From the IMG/VR virus record IMGVR_UViG_3300031760_004705, positions 1 through 64,000 of that record: a DNA stretch of 64,000 nucleotides, one strand, 5' to 3'. The notes under the pieces are model-generated. The model ran no database searches. It had not been told where the DNA came from and saw only the letters and a list, made by a program, of their open reading frames with translations. Source of the DNA: a virus. Taxonomy: Duplodnaviria; Caudoviricetes. Shown here piece after piece: positions 39,756 through 52,884 of the stretch. Positions within the stretch are counted from its first letter, which is position 1; every line of letters starts with the position of its first letter. The translations under genes were made by a program, and so were the position numbers.

Positions 39756-41543
39756 TTAGGCTAAGCTACCCCAAGTAAGAGCAGCGTCAGTATAATCCTT
39801 AGCGGCCTGTTCTGCGGCAGCAGCTGCACCAGCAACTTCAACCTCAGTAGAATCAACTGCGGTAAGTTCACCATCAACCTGGGTTACGCCAGAGACAACA
39901 AATACACCAGCATGCTGTGCAGTACCAGTAGCATCAAGGTCAGCATCAAGGTCAGCAAGACCGCCAGAAACAACGCTATCAGCATAAGCCTTTGCACCAT
40001 AGACGGTTGCAGCATCAGCAGTATCAGAAGCAGAACCAATTACAGCATTCTTTGCACGAGTTGCAGCACCAGCGAGATCAACATCAATGCTATCAACAGC
40101 AGTAATCTCACCATCGACCTGAGTTACACCAGTAACAACAGCAACTTTCTCAGTATCGGTTACGGTTGCATCAGTAGTAGCATCAAGATCTGCATCAAGA
40201 TCTGCTACAACGCCATCAGCATATGCTTTAGCACCATAGATAGTGTCAGCACTACCAGCATCGCCAGACTGACCAATAATAGCAATCTTAGCACGAGTAG
40301 CGGCTCCAGCCTTATCAGCAGCTGCAGAATCAACAGCGGTGATAACGCCTTCAACCTCAGTAACACCACTTACAACTGCGATAGCTTCAGTATCAGTTTC
40401 GGTAGCTGCGAGAGTAGCATCAACATCAGCGTTAAGAGCAGCAACACCAGCACCAGTCTTCTCATCAACATAATCAACTACAGTAGTAGCAGTTGCAGTT
40501 GCAGGAATAGTTCCGATTGTATCAAGAGCAGCCTTAACAGTAGAAGCACCATAAGCAACATTCTGAGCAGTTAATGCAACTTCATCAATACCAGTGATAA
40601 CGCCATCAACCTCAGTGATACCAGTTACAACACTACCAGCAGTAGCATCGAGATCAGCATCAAGAGCTTCTACAGCATTTTGAATCTTCTGGTCGACTGT
40701 TCCGCCAGTTCCAACAGCAGACTCAAGGGCATTGATAGCCTCAGCTACAGTCTGCTTAGGATTAGCACCCTCAGCAGCCTTATAAACGATCTTAGAAGCG
40801 GCAATCTCACCAACAGTAGCCTCAATCTTATGATTAGTATCTGTTAAAGTGATTTCATTGTTGCTCTGTACTGAATTGTACTCAATAAGATCTGCTACAT
40901 TGATGTAGAATGGAGTACCATTAGCAATAGTCATCTTGATAAAAGTACCAGAATTTCCGCTACCATCTTGATCAACTAATTCACCATTAGTAGCAACAAG
41001 ATCTTTACTGATCTCAATCTCACCATTAGTAATAGGAGTTCCGCCTTGACTAAAGGTGTACTTAGAAACAAAACTATCGTTTGCTCCACCGACTGTCTTA
41101 GTAACAGTAACAGCACCAGCTTCTCCACCACTTTCAATCTTAGAAACTAATTCAGCAAGAGCGGCTTCAACATTAGTAGCATCAAGCTTACCAGCAGTAT
41201 CCGCAACGCTTACATCTGCGGCAGCTCCACTCTTAGCAACGGCCGCAAGGCTATTGTCAAGAGTAGTAACAGCGTTCATAACAGTTTCGTCACCTGCGGC
41301 AATGCTCTTATCAATGTAATCAATAAGATCAGTGTAATCGCCAGAAACAGGTAAAGTGCCAATGTAAGACTCGAGAGTAGCAAGGTCCGCAGCTACATTT
41401 GCAGCGCCACCATCATAGAGGGTAGAGCCTTTGTAGATCTGACGAGGATTGCCGATAAAGTAAATAGTATTACTATCAAACGCGGCAATTTGCTCTGGAG
41501 TTGCACTAGCAGCATATACAAATTTAACTAAATTAGCAGCCAT
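39756..41543 (-). CDS. Ala/Asp/Thr-rich repetitive structural fibre (595 aa), probably abundant
   Basis: Four LDADLDAT..VVxGVTxVDGxITAVD repeats alternating with helical segments; higher GC and distinct codon bias; ends LTWGSLA. Confidence 0.7.
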   Translation of the reverse strand: MAANLVKFVYAASATPEQIAAFDSNTIYFIGNPRQIYKGSTLYDGGAANVAADLATLESYIGTLPVSGDYTDLIDYIDKSIAAGDETVMNAVTTLDNSLAAVAKSGAAADVSVADTAGKLDATNVEAALAELVSKIESGGEAGAVTVTKTVGGANDSFVSKYTFSQGGTPITNGEIEISKDLVATNGELVDQDGSGNSGTFIKMTIANGTPFYINVADLIEYNSVQSNNEITLTDTNHKIEATVGEIAASKIVYKAAEGANPKQTVAEAINALESAVGTGGTVDQKIQNAVEALDADLDATAGSVVTGITEVDGVITGIDEVALTAQNVAYGASTVKAALDTIGTIPATATATTVVDYVDEKTGAGVAALNADVDATLAATETDTEAIAVVSGVTEVEGVITAVDSAAADKAGAATRAKIAIIGQSGDAGSADTIYGAKAYADGVVADLDADLDATTDATVTDTEKVAVVTGVTQVDGEITAVDSIDVDLAGAATRAKNAVIGSASDTADAATVYGAKAYADSVVSGGLADLDADLDATGTAQHAGVFVVSGVTQVDGELTAVDSTEVEVAGAAAAAEQAAKDYTDAALTWGSLA

Positions 41544-41567
41544 TACATCTTCCTTTCGTCGTAAGTG

Positions 41568-41996
41568 CTAAATACCCTCTCAGGTATTAGCGTTTGCAAT
41601 TAGATTATATGTATTCAATTGAGGTTTTCAATTGTAAATACCATTATCAGTATAATAAAGTATTCCTTCTTCTCCAAGAGTAGGAAATACTTCTTTTGTT
41701 TCTCCATAAACAATAGGAGAAGCATTTGTAGGAGTAACTTGACGCCATATACGATTTGCAGTTAAGCGTCAAATAATATTAGTTTCATCTACATAATAAA
41801 ACCCAGGTGCGGCAAATGCTGCATTTAAACGATCCGCATCTGTTTCAAATGTTCTAATGGTTTTATATGTAAAACGTTGACTCTTCATATCAAGAGCTAT
41901 GATATTATCATCAGGACAAAAAATAATCTGTCCATCAACAATATCTAAAGCATCTATTCTTTTAGAAGTAGTGTAAACTAATTTCATTTGTGCCAT
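41568..41996 (-). CDS. Small tail protein (142 aa, 4 TGA=Trp)
   Basis: Track ORF 41769 extends through TGAs to TAG: ..FPTLGEEGILYY..NT[W]EGI. Confidence 0.7.
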
Positions 41997-41999
41997 ATT

Positions 42000-43061
42000 C
42001 TATTCACCATCCCCTGAATAATCTACAAACTGCATAGCTGCTCAAAGTTCATCATGTTCTCCCTGAGCTTCTTCTACAGCAACTCTTAGTTTTTCATCTA
42101 CTTCTCCAAGAGTGGCATACTCTTGAATTTGGTCTTGTGTTACATATCCAGCCAATTGCTGAATTGTAGCATAGTTAGCTATTTGATCTTGTGTAACGTA
42201 ATTAGCCAATTCTTGTTCAATTAATTCAAGAACTTCATCTTCATCAAGGCCGCAATCACATTTAATATCACCAATTTTTTCTGCGACTTCTCTAACCGCG
42301 GCAGCTACGTCTGCAACGTTTTCCGCAATGTTATCGGTACGATTAATTGCATCATCGACTGCATCTCGAAGTTCTTGTATTGCTTCTTCATTAGCTTGTT
42401 CTTTCTCTTGGATTTCATGAGCTAAGGTTGTAAAATCCTCAATTGTCTCAAGAGCTTCTGTTGCTACTCCTAAAGCATTTTCAGAAATTTGTTTTGCTTC
42501 TTCGGCAATATCTTTAGCTTCATCCGCTACTTGACGAACATCTTCAAATGCAAGTTGCATATCTTCAAATTCATTACGCTGTGCTTGCATTTGAGCTTTA
42601 ACTTGATCTTCTAATGTAGTTAAACTAATAACAGCTTTTTGGAACTCAGAAAAATCATCTGTTTCTTCAAAGTCAGAACCGTCATTAGGATCAATTAATA
42701 CGTGAATTGTAAAGTTTACTGAAGTTGAAATACTTACTTCATCAACAATCTGAATACAAGCTAAAACATTACCTTCATATAGCATTGATTTAGGATATTT
42801 AATTTCTCAAGTAGGAGGAAAATCTTCATCATCTTCATCCGTTATTTCTGTAAAAACATTATATCCTTTAATGTTTTTCTCTTGATGATACCAAGAGAGA
42901 TAAACTTTTGTATTAGGAGTAAAACGTGCGGCAGCTTCTTGTGTAAAAATAATACGCAAAGCACGCCCCGCAGCTTCACCGGCGCCAACTACTACAGGGT
43001 CTGTAATATCCTGGCTTAGTGTTTTCATGTTAATAACTGTTGCTTTTAACTCGTTAGCCAC
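42000..43061 (-). CDS. BppU/DUF2479-like baseplate upper protein with coiled coil (353 aa, 2 TGA=Trp)
   Basis: Track ORFs 42807 and 42042 join; GAGEAAGRALRI..T[W]EIKYPKSMLYEGNVLACIQI..FSEFQKA; QDQIANYAT repeats. Confidence 0.6.
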
Positions 43062-43078
43062 TTTGAATATCCTCCCCT

Positions 43079-43618
43079 CTATTGGTCATTAGTTAGCGAC
43101 GATTTTTCATAATAACTGACCCGCGGTAACTCTCTAACCTCTTCCATTAAATGATCTATAAAAGTATCACCGCCTGCAGTCTTGTAATATAAATAGCGTC
43201 TCTCTATTGATTGTAAAGACAAATCATCAATTTTCTTAAATTCGTAACAGAACTTATGATGGGCATCTAATAAATCACTTCTTGAGTTCTCTTGGAGACG
43301 CTCTTGTACAAGAGCTAAAGACCGATCTAGCTGTATCTGATGTTCATGTGTCTGTTCGTTTTGTATTTTAAGTTCATCAACTTTGCCTGCAAGATTATCT
43401 ATATGGTTGTCAAGATTAGTTGTTAAATCATCTATTTTTTTATCTAGATTATTTCAACGTTCTTGTTGTTTATATTTTTTTCCTACATGAACATCAATTT
43501 TTTCTAATCAATATTCTGCAAGAGATCAAATAGCTTTACCTACAGCCAATAACCCTACAATCAATAATAATAATTCTGATAGAGGGTAGGATGATAATAA
43601 ATTATTTAATTCATTCAC
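43079..43618 (-). CDS. Single-TM holin-like/membrane protein (179 aa, 3 TGA=Trp), absent from the track
   Basis: N-terminal TM, coiled coil, RSDLLDAHHKF..RYLYYKTAGGDTFIDHLMEEVRELP; GTG start with SD. Confidence 0.6.
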
Positions 43619-43681
43619 ATCCTACTCCTTTCTGTCATTTATAAATATTGTTTATTTAATTATTATTATATGTTTTTGCCC

Positions 43682-43864
43682 TTATGCTATCCGGACTCAA
43701 CTAGTATAAGTTGTAGTTCCAACAGTAAGAGTTTCAGATTTCTGAATTCAAGTTCCTCCAAGTACAACTCCTGGAGTGTTTGCTGTATCACTTAAACAAT
43801 AATAAAGAGACCCTACTGGTCAAAGAATATCTAAAATATTAACTCATATTTTTGGTGTAACCAT
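43682..43864 (-). CDS. Mini baseplate-type protein (60 aa, 4 TGA=Trp)
   Basis: ILDIL[W]PVGSLY..PGVVLGGT[W]..S[W]VRIA resembles the YPVGSIY..FGGTW..WKRTA family. Confidence 0.7.
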
Positions 43865-43879
43865 TTAAGCCTCCTGTTC

Positions 43880-44056
43880 TTATTCTGTTGGACTTAATCT
43901 ATGTCATACTTGAAAAGTTTCTCCATCTTTAACAATGGTTCCAGAATTAGCTCATTCTCCTCCAAATAAATCTTTTGGCTCGAATCCTCATTTTTCAGAG
44001 GAAAAATAAACAGATCCAACCGGTCTAATAAGGTCTACTAAACTTGCAAAATTCAT
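43880..44056 (-). CDS. Mini baseplate-type protein paralog (58 aa, 3 TGA=Trp)
   Basis: LVDLIRPVGSVYFS..PKDLFGGE[W]..V[W]HRLS; SD GGAGG. Confidence 0.7.
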
Positions 44057-44066
44057 TTAGACCTCC

Positions 44067-45137
44067 TTAGATTTGAACTCAAATACCACAATGTTCATAG
44101 TCTCATTCATTTAAATCATTAGAATTTAAATTTGAGGATGTATATAAATCACCTATGTTTTCATTATAAGAAGGAGGTACATCATCAATTCAAACACCTA
44201 ATAATTTAGTATTAAGCTTATTACCAGAAATAGAATTTTCTTTAAGCTTCTTATCTAATTCTAATTCATTAGCCATATGATCTACAGTAACCTTTGCTCA
44301 ACCAGGATTTTGCTTTGAGTCAGTAAGTCATGCTTCTGAAGTATGATCAATACCTGCGGCAACTATACCTGCATTATTTATAGTATTAGTGCTTACTGCA
44401 TCGTTTACTGCTGTATTAAAATTTGTGATTTGAGTAACTGGAATATTTTCGATATTTTCAGCAGGAAGTTTAAATTTTTTTCCTGAATTTGGATTATTTG
44501 GATCATTAAGAGTTGTTAAATCTAAATTATCTAATATAATTGTATGATCTTCAATATCTCCAGTTTCTATTTTTCCTAGAGATAATTTTATTTCTGTTCC
44601 ATTATTAGCGACTTCTTTAAAAGATAATTTTCCTTGAGGCCTTATTGTTACAGTATCATTTCCAACTTTAAATTGAGCATTAGAAGTAACAATTTCTTGA
44701 TCGTTTTCTTTAATTTTTTCAAGATCAACAGTGAAAGCTATTTCTGCTCATTCACCTCTATCATTTAAAAAATGCTGTCCATCTGCATTATTTGCAGGAA
44801 GTTTAGCACCTTCACTAATACTACCATTTTCATTAGTGATTGCAATATGATTTCCTTCTGGCTCTATAATTGAAACATTTTTTTGAGTTTCAGTTTTATT
44901 GGGATCTTCAGCAGTTGGAGAAGTTACATTACTTATTTGAGTTACTGGAACAGTACCTGTTAATTTATCAGCTGGGATTTCTCAATTACTTGAAGGTGTA
45001 ATCACAACTGTTTCTTTAGTACGATTATTATTTTCATCAAAATTAGCTGAAACATCAGCAGATCAAATATCTAATCAACTATCAAGATTTTGTGGATTGC
45101 GAACTTTATGAGTTAATGTCGCGGTTTTATTTGCCAT
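44067..45137 (-). CDS. Tail-region protein (356 aa, about 9 TGA=Trp), absent from the track
   Basis: SD AGGAGG, MANKTATLTHKVRN.. one frame open apart from TGA, ending at TAA 44067. Confidence 0.7.
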
Positions 45138-45149
45138 TTAGTTACCTCC

Positions 45150-45494
45150 TTAGTCCGCGTTTTGTTCTTCATAACTTACATTTATAGTTAAATAAGGATC
45201 ACTGTATATTTTTTTTGAAGAAAAATAAACAGTAATTTTTTCTAAAGTTAAATTTGAAAATTCTAAAACATCTTTTTCTGTTAAAACATAATATTCTGAA
45301 CTGTCATTTATATTAAAAATACCAGGATATGTAACTTTATTATTAGCATCAACTTCATATTCAGAAATAGGAATAGAATGTGGATATTCTATTCCTATTT
45401 GAAGATACCTTAATTTTATTGGACCAGATGGTTCAAAAACTGTTGTATTGCTTTCAAATGGTCCTCGTTTTTGTACAAAAATCATAGTAATCAC
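45150..45494 (-). CDS. Hypothetical tail protein (about 111-114 aa)
   Basis: QKRGPF..LQIGIE..YVLTEKDVLEF. Confidence 0.65.
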   Translation of the reverse strand: MITMIFVQKRGPFESNTTVFEPSGPIKLRYLQIGIEYPHSIPISEYEVDANNKVTYPGIFNINDSSEYYVLTEKDVLEFSNLTLEKITVYFSSKKIYSDPYLTINVSYEEQNAD

Positions 45495-45497
45495 TTC

Positions 45498-47711
45498 CTA
45501 TGATGATGAACCATAATTTAGATTTTCATCTGGTAAAATTAATCCAGTTTCAATATTACTATTTTTATTAACAATAAAAGTAAAATCGGTAATAGAAGCT
45601 CTATCATTAGGAGCAGTTGGATTTTCACTATAAAATGCTCCAGAGCTTGAACTATCACCTAATGTTCCACCAACAACTCAATCTGTTCCATTATGGTATA
45701 TAATATAGTTTGTAGCAGGTGTTGTATTATTATCTGTTACTGTAACAAAACCTTTACCCATATCAGTATTACCATTTTCAATATGTCCATCTTCTCAAAG
45801 TGTCTTACCATCATCTGTTGGTTCACTATTACTAGAACTAAGTTGATTAAGTTTGTTTAAATATTCTTCAATATTGGAAATATTGTCAGCACCACCAAAA
45901 GAATCACTTGCAGATGGTCCAAAATTAGGAGTTGTTTTAACTAATCCTAAGTCTACTGGGTTTGTAGAATCATCATGATAATAAACAATTAAATGACCAT
46001 TATCTTCATTAATTTCCATTTCTTTAATATCATGAATTGGACCTATAGTTGTTTTAATATCTAAAGGGTCTCCAGTATAGGTAAATGTAATTTCACCACT
46101 GTTTTTATCATAACTTGATTCTTTAATTAAAGGTAAAGTTGCTATAACTGTCGATTCAGCATTAGTTTTTTTAGTACCATCACTATTAAAATCAGTATTT
46201 TTATAAATAGTAACTTTACCATAGGTATTGCTTGCTTGATCTGTGTCAATATCAATTTGTTTTGGATAAACAATATTGCCAGTAACAATATCATTCATTC
46301 CAGAATATTCAAAAGTAAATTTACCTGTGGAATCATTATATGTAGCATTTTTAACTAAATGTAAATTAGTTTTATATGTAGTACCATCACTATAATTGAC
46401 AGTGAAATCACCATATGTATTGCTATTTATAGTTGTATCAATAGTTATTGTATCAATATCTTTGTAAGCTCCGAGATATTGATAAACAGTTTCAGGAGTA
46501 ACGTTTCCAGTTCTTGGATTATGTAAGATTCATTCTGCGACTCAATAACTTTCTTCATTTGGGTCATATTCTTCCGTTTCATCAGGAATATAATAATTAT
46601 CAGCTGGAATCTTAATTGTTCCATCTTCATTATATATACCTTCGTAACTATAAGCAATAGTATTAGTATTGTATAAAGGAGAAGGTGCAGTTTCACCTTT
46701 TTTCTCTCTTATGCAAATAATTGATTTTGGACCTATGCCACGAGCTCCTCTTGGAATATTAAACTCATATTTTTTATAAAATGGATGATATTCCTCGTCT
46801 GTTGGTTTAGAGGAATTATTTACAAAAACTTCTCCATCGTATGTAAAGTTTTTTTCATAATGTTCTACTTCATAAAAAGTATAAGGAATTTCAAATCCTA
46901 AATAAATTCAAGCATCACTATCATTTCCATTGGTAAGTGTGCGGCGAACATTACATCAAGTATAACGAATTTTATCGTTATATCCATTGGCATCTTTACC
47001 AGGAACTAAAGTAATATTATTACTATCACCACTATCTAAAACGGCTATATATTCATAATCATGTTCACGATTTTGAGGTTCAGTTCCAATAGTATCACCA
47101 ATTACCCCCGATTGTGTAATTAAATTTTCTGTTGAAATTGAATTTGAATTAGTGCTATCTGGATAAGAATAATCTCAACCAGTAATATCTGCGGGAGTAG
47201 TTGTAGAAAATCCTTCATTTGGTAAAGTATTTTGTAATCCCGCAGCTTGTTTTCTTACATCATCAATTGAACCAAAACGAATATTTGGCACGCCGCCAGA
47301 TGGGCCAACTATTTGCCCCATATATTCTGCTCAATTAGTATCTCCTGCGTTAAGGACTGTATCGACTCTTTTTAAAGTACGTCTAAATAATTTACCATTA
47401 TTAGGATTCATTTTATTTTCTGTATCAATAATACAAAATTCACTATATCAAACGTCTCGATATTCTGTGTCTTTAAAACACTCGTCCATTGTAAAATACT
47501 TTAAATAAGGACCTCATGTTTGATTTTCATTATTTTCAGTTCACCCAGCTCGTTCTAACATAGCTTTTTCTTTAGGACTTAAATTAGTTGAGTCAATAGT
47601 CATATTGCTTTTTGCTTGATAAGCCGGATCTTGATCATTAATAAACTTAAAACTACTACGAATAACGGGGGAAATGCCAGGCTTCCCGCCATAAAAACTT
47701 TCTAAAGCCAT
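45498..47711 (-). CDS. Tail/baseplate protein (737 aa, multiple TGA=Trp)
   Basis: MALESFYGGKPG..IDTENKMNPNNGKLFRR; includes track ORF 45795-46298 in frame. Confidence 0.7.
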
Positions 47712-47726
47712 ACTTATTTCCCCCTT

Positions 47727-48896
47727 CTATGAAGTTACTCTATATTGATAATCCATAACAAATCTGTCTGAACCATCTTTTGCAACAATTCCTAAAGTTT
47801 TAATTACAAAATCATCTAATTCATAAAAATTAGTTTGACCAACTTTTATTTCTTCTCCATTAATAGCTAACATTAATTCAGGATGACTTCAAATAGCAAT
47901 ATGATTTAAAACTCCATCTTTACCTATTTTTATCGGAGCATCAAAAATACTATTTTCTTCTGGTAATAAATTTGTAATTTCTCAAAGCTCACCATTTATA
48001 TAATTTACATCCATATATGTGCCATAATAAGTATTTTTATCAACAACATATTGAATTTGTGTATGATGACTATCATTACGATCTATTTCTAATAAGATAT
48101 AAGGATAACCTGCTGTTAATTTATATTGTGGAGAAAAAACAATATCAAATTTAGCTATTGAAACACTACTAGATGCAGTTAACCATCTTTTTTCTAGTTC
48201 TCCTATAGAAAACTCAGTAATAATACGAGCTTTATATTTTTCTTGTTCAGCTTCTCCATAAACACCTGCTACCGCAGCACTAACATAAGTACTTAATAAT
48301 CCTTCTTCATTTTCTGTAGGTTCTTCTTCATCGCCTGCAGATAAATAATAAAAAATATCTCCATTTGCAGAAGTTCCTCGATAAACACTTTCTTTTATTC
48401 ATTTTGGAGAATTAATATTATTAGTAGAACCAGGTCATTCAAAGATTATATTGGCAAAATAAGGAAGATTTTTAGGATTTTGTTTTTCAGCAGGATCTGA
48501 ATATAATATTATTTCTTCTATAGCTTGATCTCCCTTAATAGGAGGTGCTGGAGGAATAATTAATTCTCTAATTTCTTGAAAGGCTGATGTATCAATATCT
48601 GAATTTTGTGCCTCAGCTGAATTTACTTGTGCACATAATTTTATTCTTACTTTTGTTTCATACTGAATGTGTTGAGGTAATTCTAAATGTAAGTAATAAC
48701 TTTTACCAGAATAAATAGGCGATTTTAAATCAATTTCTACATCTCGAAATACAATAACACTTCCTTTATTTATATATTTAGGCTTTATATCTTTATTATC
48801 CATACCAATAGTTTGATGTACTTCATTATTAGTAAGGTAATTAAAACTATTATCATAACGATATTGACCCATTCCTTGTCCAGAAGATACAGGCAT
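47727..48896 (-). CDS. Tail/baseplate protein (389 aa, TGA=Trp)
   Basis: MGQYRY..; C-terminal HIAI[W]SHPELMLAINGEEIKVGQTNFYEL. Confidence 0.7.
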
Positions 48897-48912
48897 ATTT
48901 TACGCACCTCCT

Positions 48913-51900
48913 TTATAATCTTTCAGAAACTTCGTTTAATGTAACAGCCATATTTGCGCCAGGCCCTAAAGTTAGACTAATATTCTGAATCATATAGTCT
49001 CCATATATATTTGTTGAGTAATCTTTTAAAGTTACTCTATTATTTGGTTCTAGATAATAAACTGGTAAAGCTGTTATTGAAACTACTTTTTGATATTTTA
49101 AATGCGCAAATAATTCATATTTTATTTGTTCATATGCATCACTTAAATATTTTCCAGTGACTAAACTATTAAATATTTCATCAGAAACTTGAACATATGG
49201 TTGACTATTATTAATACATTCTTGTCTCTGCTCTTCTAATTTATTAGTAATATCTTGAGCGCTTCTTAACTCTTGAATCATAACATTATCAGATCAATTA
49301 GCATCTGGATTATCCATATTTAAAAATACAATATCTGGAATTTCAGGCTCAAATAAACAGTTAATATTTTCATCATTAACTACATCAGTTCTTCTACCAA
49401 TATTTTTAACACTAAATTCTCCAAGAGGTGAAGCACTTGCGTCAATTATATCAAAGAAAAAATTACCATTTGTTAATTGTTTATATTGAACTTCTGTATC
49501 ACCATCTAATTCATCTATAAAACATTGTTTATCTCTATTTAAATTATATTCATAGGGTCAAAATGCTTCTAAATCATCGTAGTAAGGACCGGGATCCGTA
49601 CCCATATTATTAGCATATTGTCCATATAAGTAAAGATAAGTTCTTCAATCTAGTGTATAATATTCTCCTAGATATTTTCACTCTCCAGTCTCAGGATCAG
49701 GATATTGTACTCCAGAAAAATTACTATCACTATAAGGAATTGGTTTTAATTTAATTTTTCCATCTGTACTTTGATTAGTTAAAACTAATCTATTCTTTAA
49801 AGTATAATCTTTTATAATACTTTGTAAAGATACAAACAAAAAATTATAACAATCATAAAAATCTTCAATAGCTTCAATATTAGTGTTAATTGTTCATCGT
49901 AATTCTTCAAATTCTTCAATTAACGACTTGTGTGCTATTAAATTTTCTTTAATAACATCCGCACTAATAGTATCATTTTTAAGCTCTTCTGTAATTTGAT
50001 CTGAAATATTTAAAACATAATCTACACAAGAATTTCCTTTTTCATATAAATTCTTTAATGTATTCATATTTCTAGGCCATTCTTGAAGATGCTTTTCTAT
50101 ATTACCAATTTTTCCATCTCTTTCTGATTTTCAATTTTCTAAAATTTCTTCTATATCAGTTAAAAAGGTTCTATCTGCAATAGCTTTTTCCGCTGGAAAA
50201 TTTTGATAATATTGCAAATATTCAACTTTTCTTTTCATGCTTGCTTGAGATTGTTCTTCTTGTGATAAACTTGAATCTATTGGATGTTGTATATTATATT
50301 CAGTTTCAGATATAGGTTGTAATATTTCTTTATAAAAAGCAGATTCATGAGAAATTGTTACTATTTTATTTTGATAATTGTTTAAAATATTTTGTAATTG
50401 ATTATAAACATTATCTTTATTTTCTTTATCTTTTATATATACTTTGGGTAAACTATTATAATTATCAAATCTAAAAGGATTTAAAATATCTGTTTCCCCA
50501 ACTAAATAATTTAATAAAGATTCAATAGATTCATTAATAGAAGATTCTCCATTTCAATTTGTAATAGCATCTAAAATTATTTGATATACACTTAATGGAT
50601 CAACTGATTCTATAAATAAATTTTTAATAACTGAACCAATATAACTATCAACTTCTTCTTGATTTTTATAAACTGTAATATCTCCATCACAAAAATTTAA
50701 AAGACTACTTAATTTTAATAAAGTAGGATACCTCTTAAAGAAATCCTTGTCAGATAAATTTAACGGATAAGGTACATGTAATTCTTCTAAATTACTTTCC
50801 TCATTTATATATTCTTTATCTAAATATTGAATTAAACAATCTGCAATTTCTTCTTTTGTTTTTAATGATTCTATTTTATCTAATAATAAAGATTCTATCG
50901 CATCAATATCTAAATATAACGGTTTTACCGCATCTTCTTTATCTTCTTTAGATAATTTTTCATAATTTATAAAATCTATAATATTAGAAATTGGTAATGT
51001 ATTTGGATATTTTATAAAGAAATTCATCATTTCGTCTAAGGTTTTATTCTTATCTTTGTTTATTGCTTCTTGATAAGAATCATATTGGTTATTATTTATA
51101 TCGACAGTAAAACGTGGACCATCTAATCATCAAGTTCGATTTTGAATAAATCCAACCATTAACTCTAAATTTTTTATAATATCTGCTTTGCTTACGGTTT
51201 CTGAATTTTCTATATTCTCAACAACAGTATTTTCAACAAAAAGCATGTCTGGATTTTTTGAAGGATCTATATTTTCATCTATCAAATATAATTTATGGTA
51301 TCCATTACCGGTTCAAAGATAAAATACATTTTCGCCGTTTTCTATTACTCGATAAATTTGATCCATATTTCCAATAGCTGGATATACTAATTTTTCATAT
51401 TTAATATTACCATCAATATCTTGATATGAAACCGCATCTTCATCTGATTCATCCGCGGGAACTCAATTATCATATCAAAAGCCTAATTTATTGGTTTCTT
51501 TTACAATTTTACCTTCATAATATTCTGGATAAGTATAATATAAGACATTATTAAAACTACCATAATTACCTTTTAAAATATCCTCTCCATTTTCATTTAC
51601 TCCAGTTTTAATTCAGTTAACAATTTCCGGCTTTTCATCAATTACAAGTCTATAACGAACTAAGAAGTCTGTGTTACTGTTGTCACTATGTCGAATTCCA
51701 TCAACAATAAAATCATTTTTAATATTGTCATAATTTGGAGTAACAGATATTGAGGTAATGTTACGATCAGAATCAAAAGCATATACGTTTTTATCGTTAG
51801 TCGTTTCTATTAAATATTGCTTTTCAGAACCGCTATCTAATAAAAATTGACCCTCTTTAAGATTTATGTGTCTGCCTGGGTTAGAAGACTCTTGTAAAAG

Positions 51901-52863
51901 AATAGTTGATTGATTTATATTTAAATAATTTTTTATTTCTCTGAAATGAAAAATTCCAAATACATCATAAAAATATTCATAGTTTCCTAATTGATTTTTA
52001 ATTGTATCTAAAACAGTACAAACCGTATCTCCTGCGGCTCCTACTATTTCAGAAGTTGGAACAAAATCATCATAGACATATCCTACTCGATCTCCACGAG
52101 AATATTTATTTAATATTTCTCCTTCAACCGGTTCTGTATAAATTTGTCTAGCACCATTTTCATCTGATGGTCCAAAATATATATCTGTATCAGCATTTCA
52201 TTGCATAACTCTACGAATACGTAAAGGCACATCTTGAATAATAATATTATTTAAATCTTCTCCACCTCAATGGGTTAATAATTCTAAAATTATATTATAA
52301 TATAAAACAGTTTGATTTACGATTTCGCCATTTGTTAATTGAGTAGTTACTTTATCAAACTGAACTGTAATAGGTAAAGTACCACCTACATCACCGTTTA
52401 ATAAGCACATTTTGTCTTTTAAATTAATAGTTAAATTAACTGCAGATGAAGTCGCAGAATTTAAACTAAAAGAATTAATATAAAATACACCTTGCGGAAA
52501 TCAAAAAATAGGATACTTTGGATAGTATTCTGTTTCATTTTTTATACCGATTTCAATAAAAACTTTTTTATTTAAAGCGAAATCCATTTCCATTGAGTCA
52601 ATATCATATTCTTCTTTACTTACTGAGCAAGAAAGGGAGCAAGTGCGCCGCACGCTACTGCTCCCATCTTTTGAAATTGATCCAGAAGCAATTATTCCAT
52701 GAATTTCTTTTAAAGGATTTTCTTGCCAGTCTAATAAAATTATATTTACATATTGACGTTGATTAATAAAATCATCAATGAAACTTAAAATAGATCGTTT
52801 TTGTTGTTCTTCATTTAAATTATACACATAAGGCTCTTCAAGATATGGATACTTCTTTCTCAT
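48913..52863 (-). CDS. Large tail (hub-like) protein (1316 aa, many TGA=Trp)
   Basis: Track ORFs 52501, 50554 and 48913 share one frame; GSISKDGSSSVRRTCSL, [W]FPQGVF, KDKMCLLNG, PVYYLEPNNRV. Confidence 0.75.
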
Positions 52864-52884
52864 TTTAACTCCTATCTATTCTTA

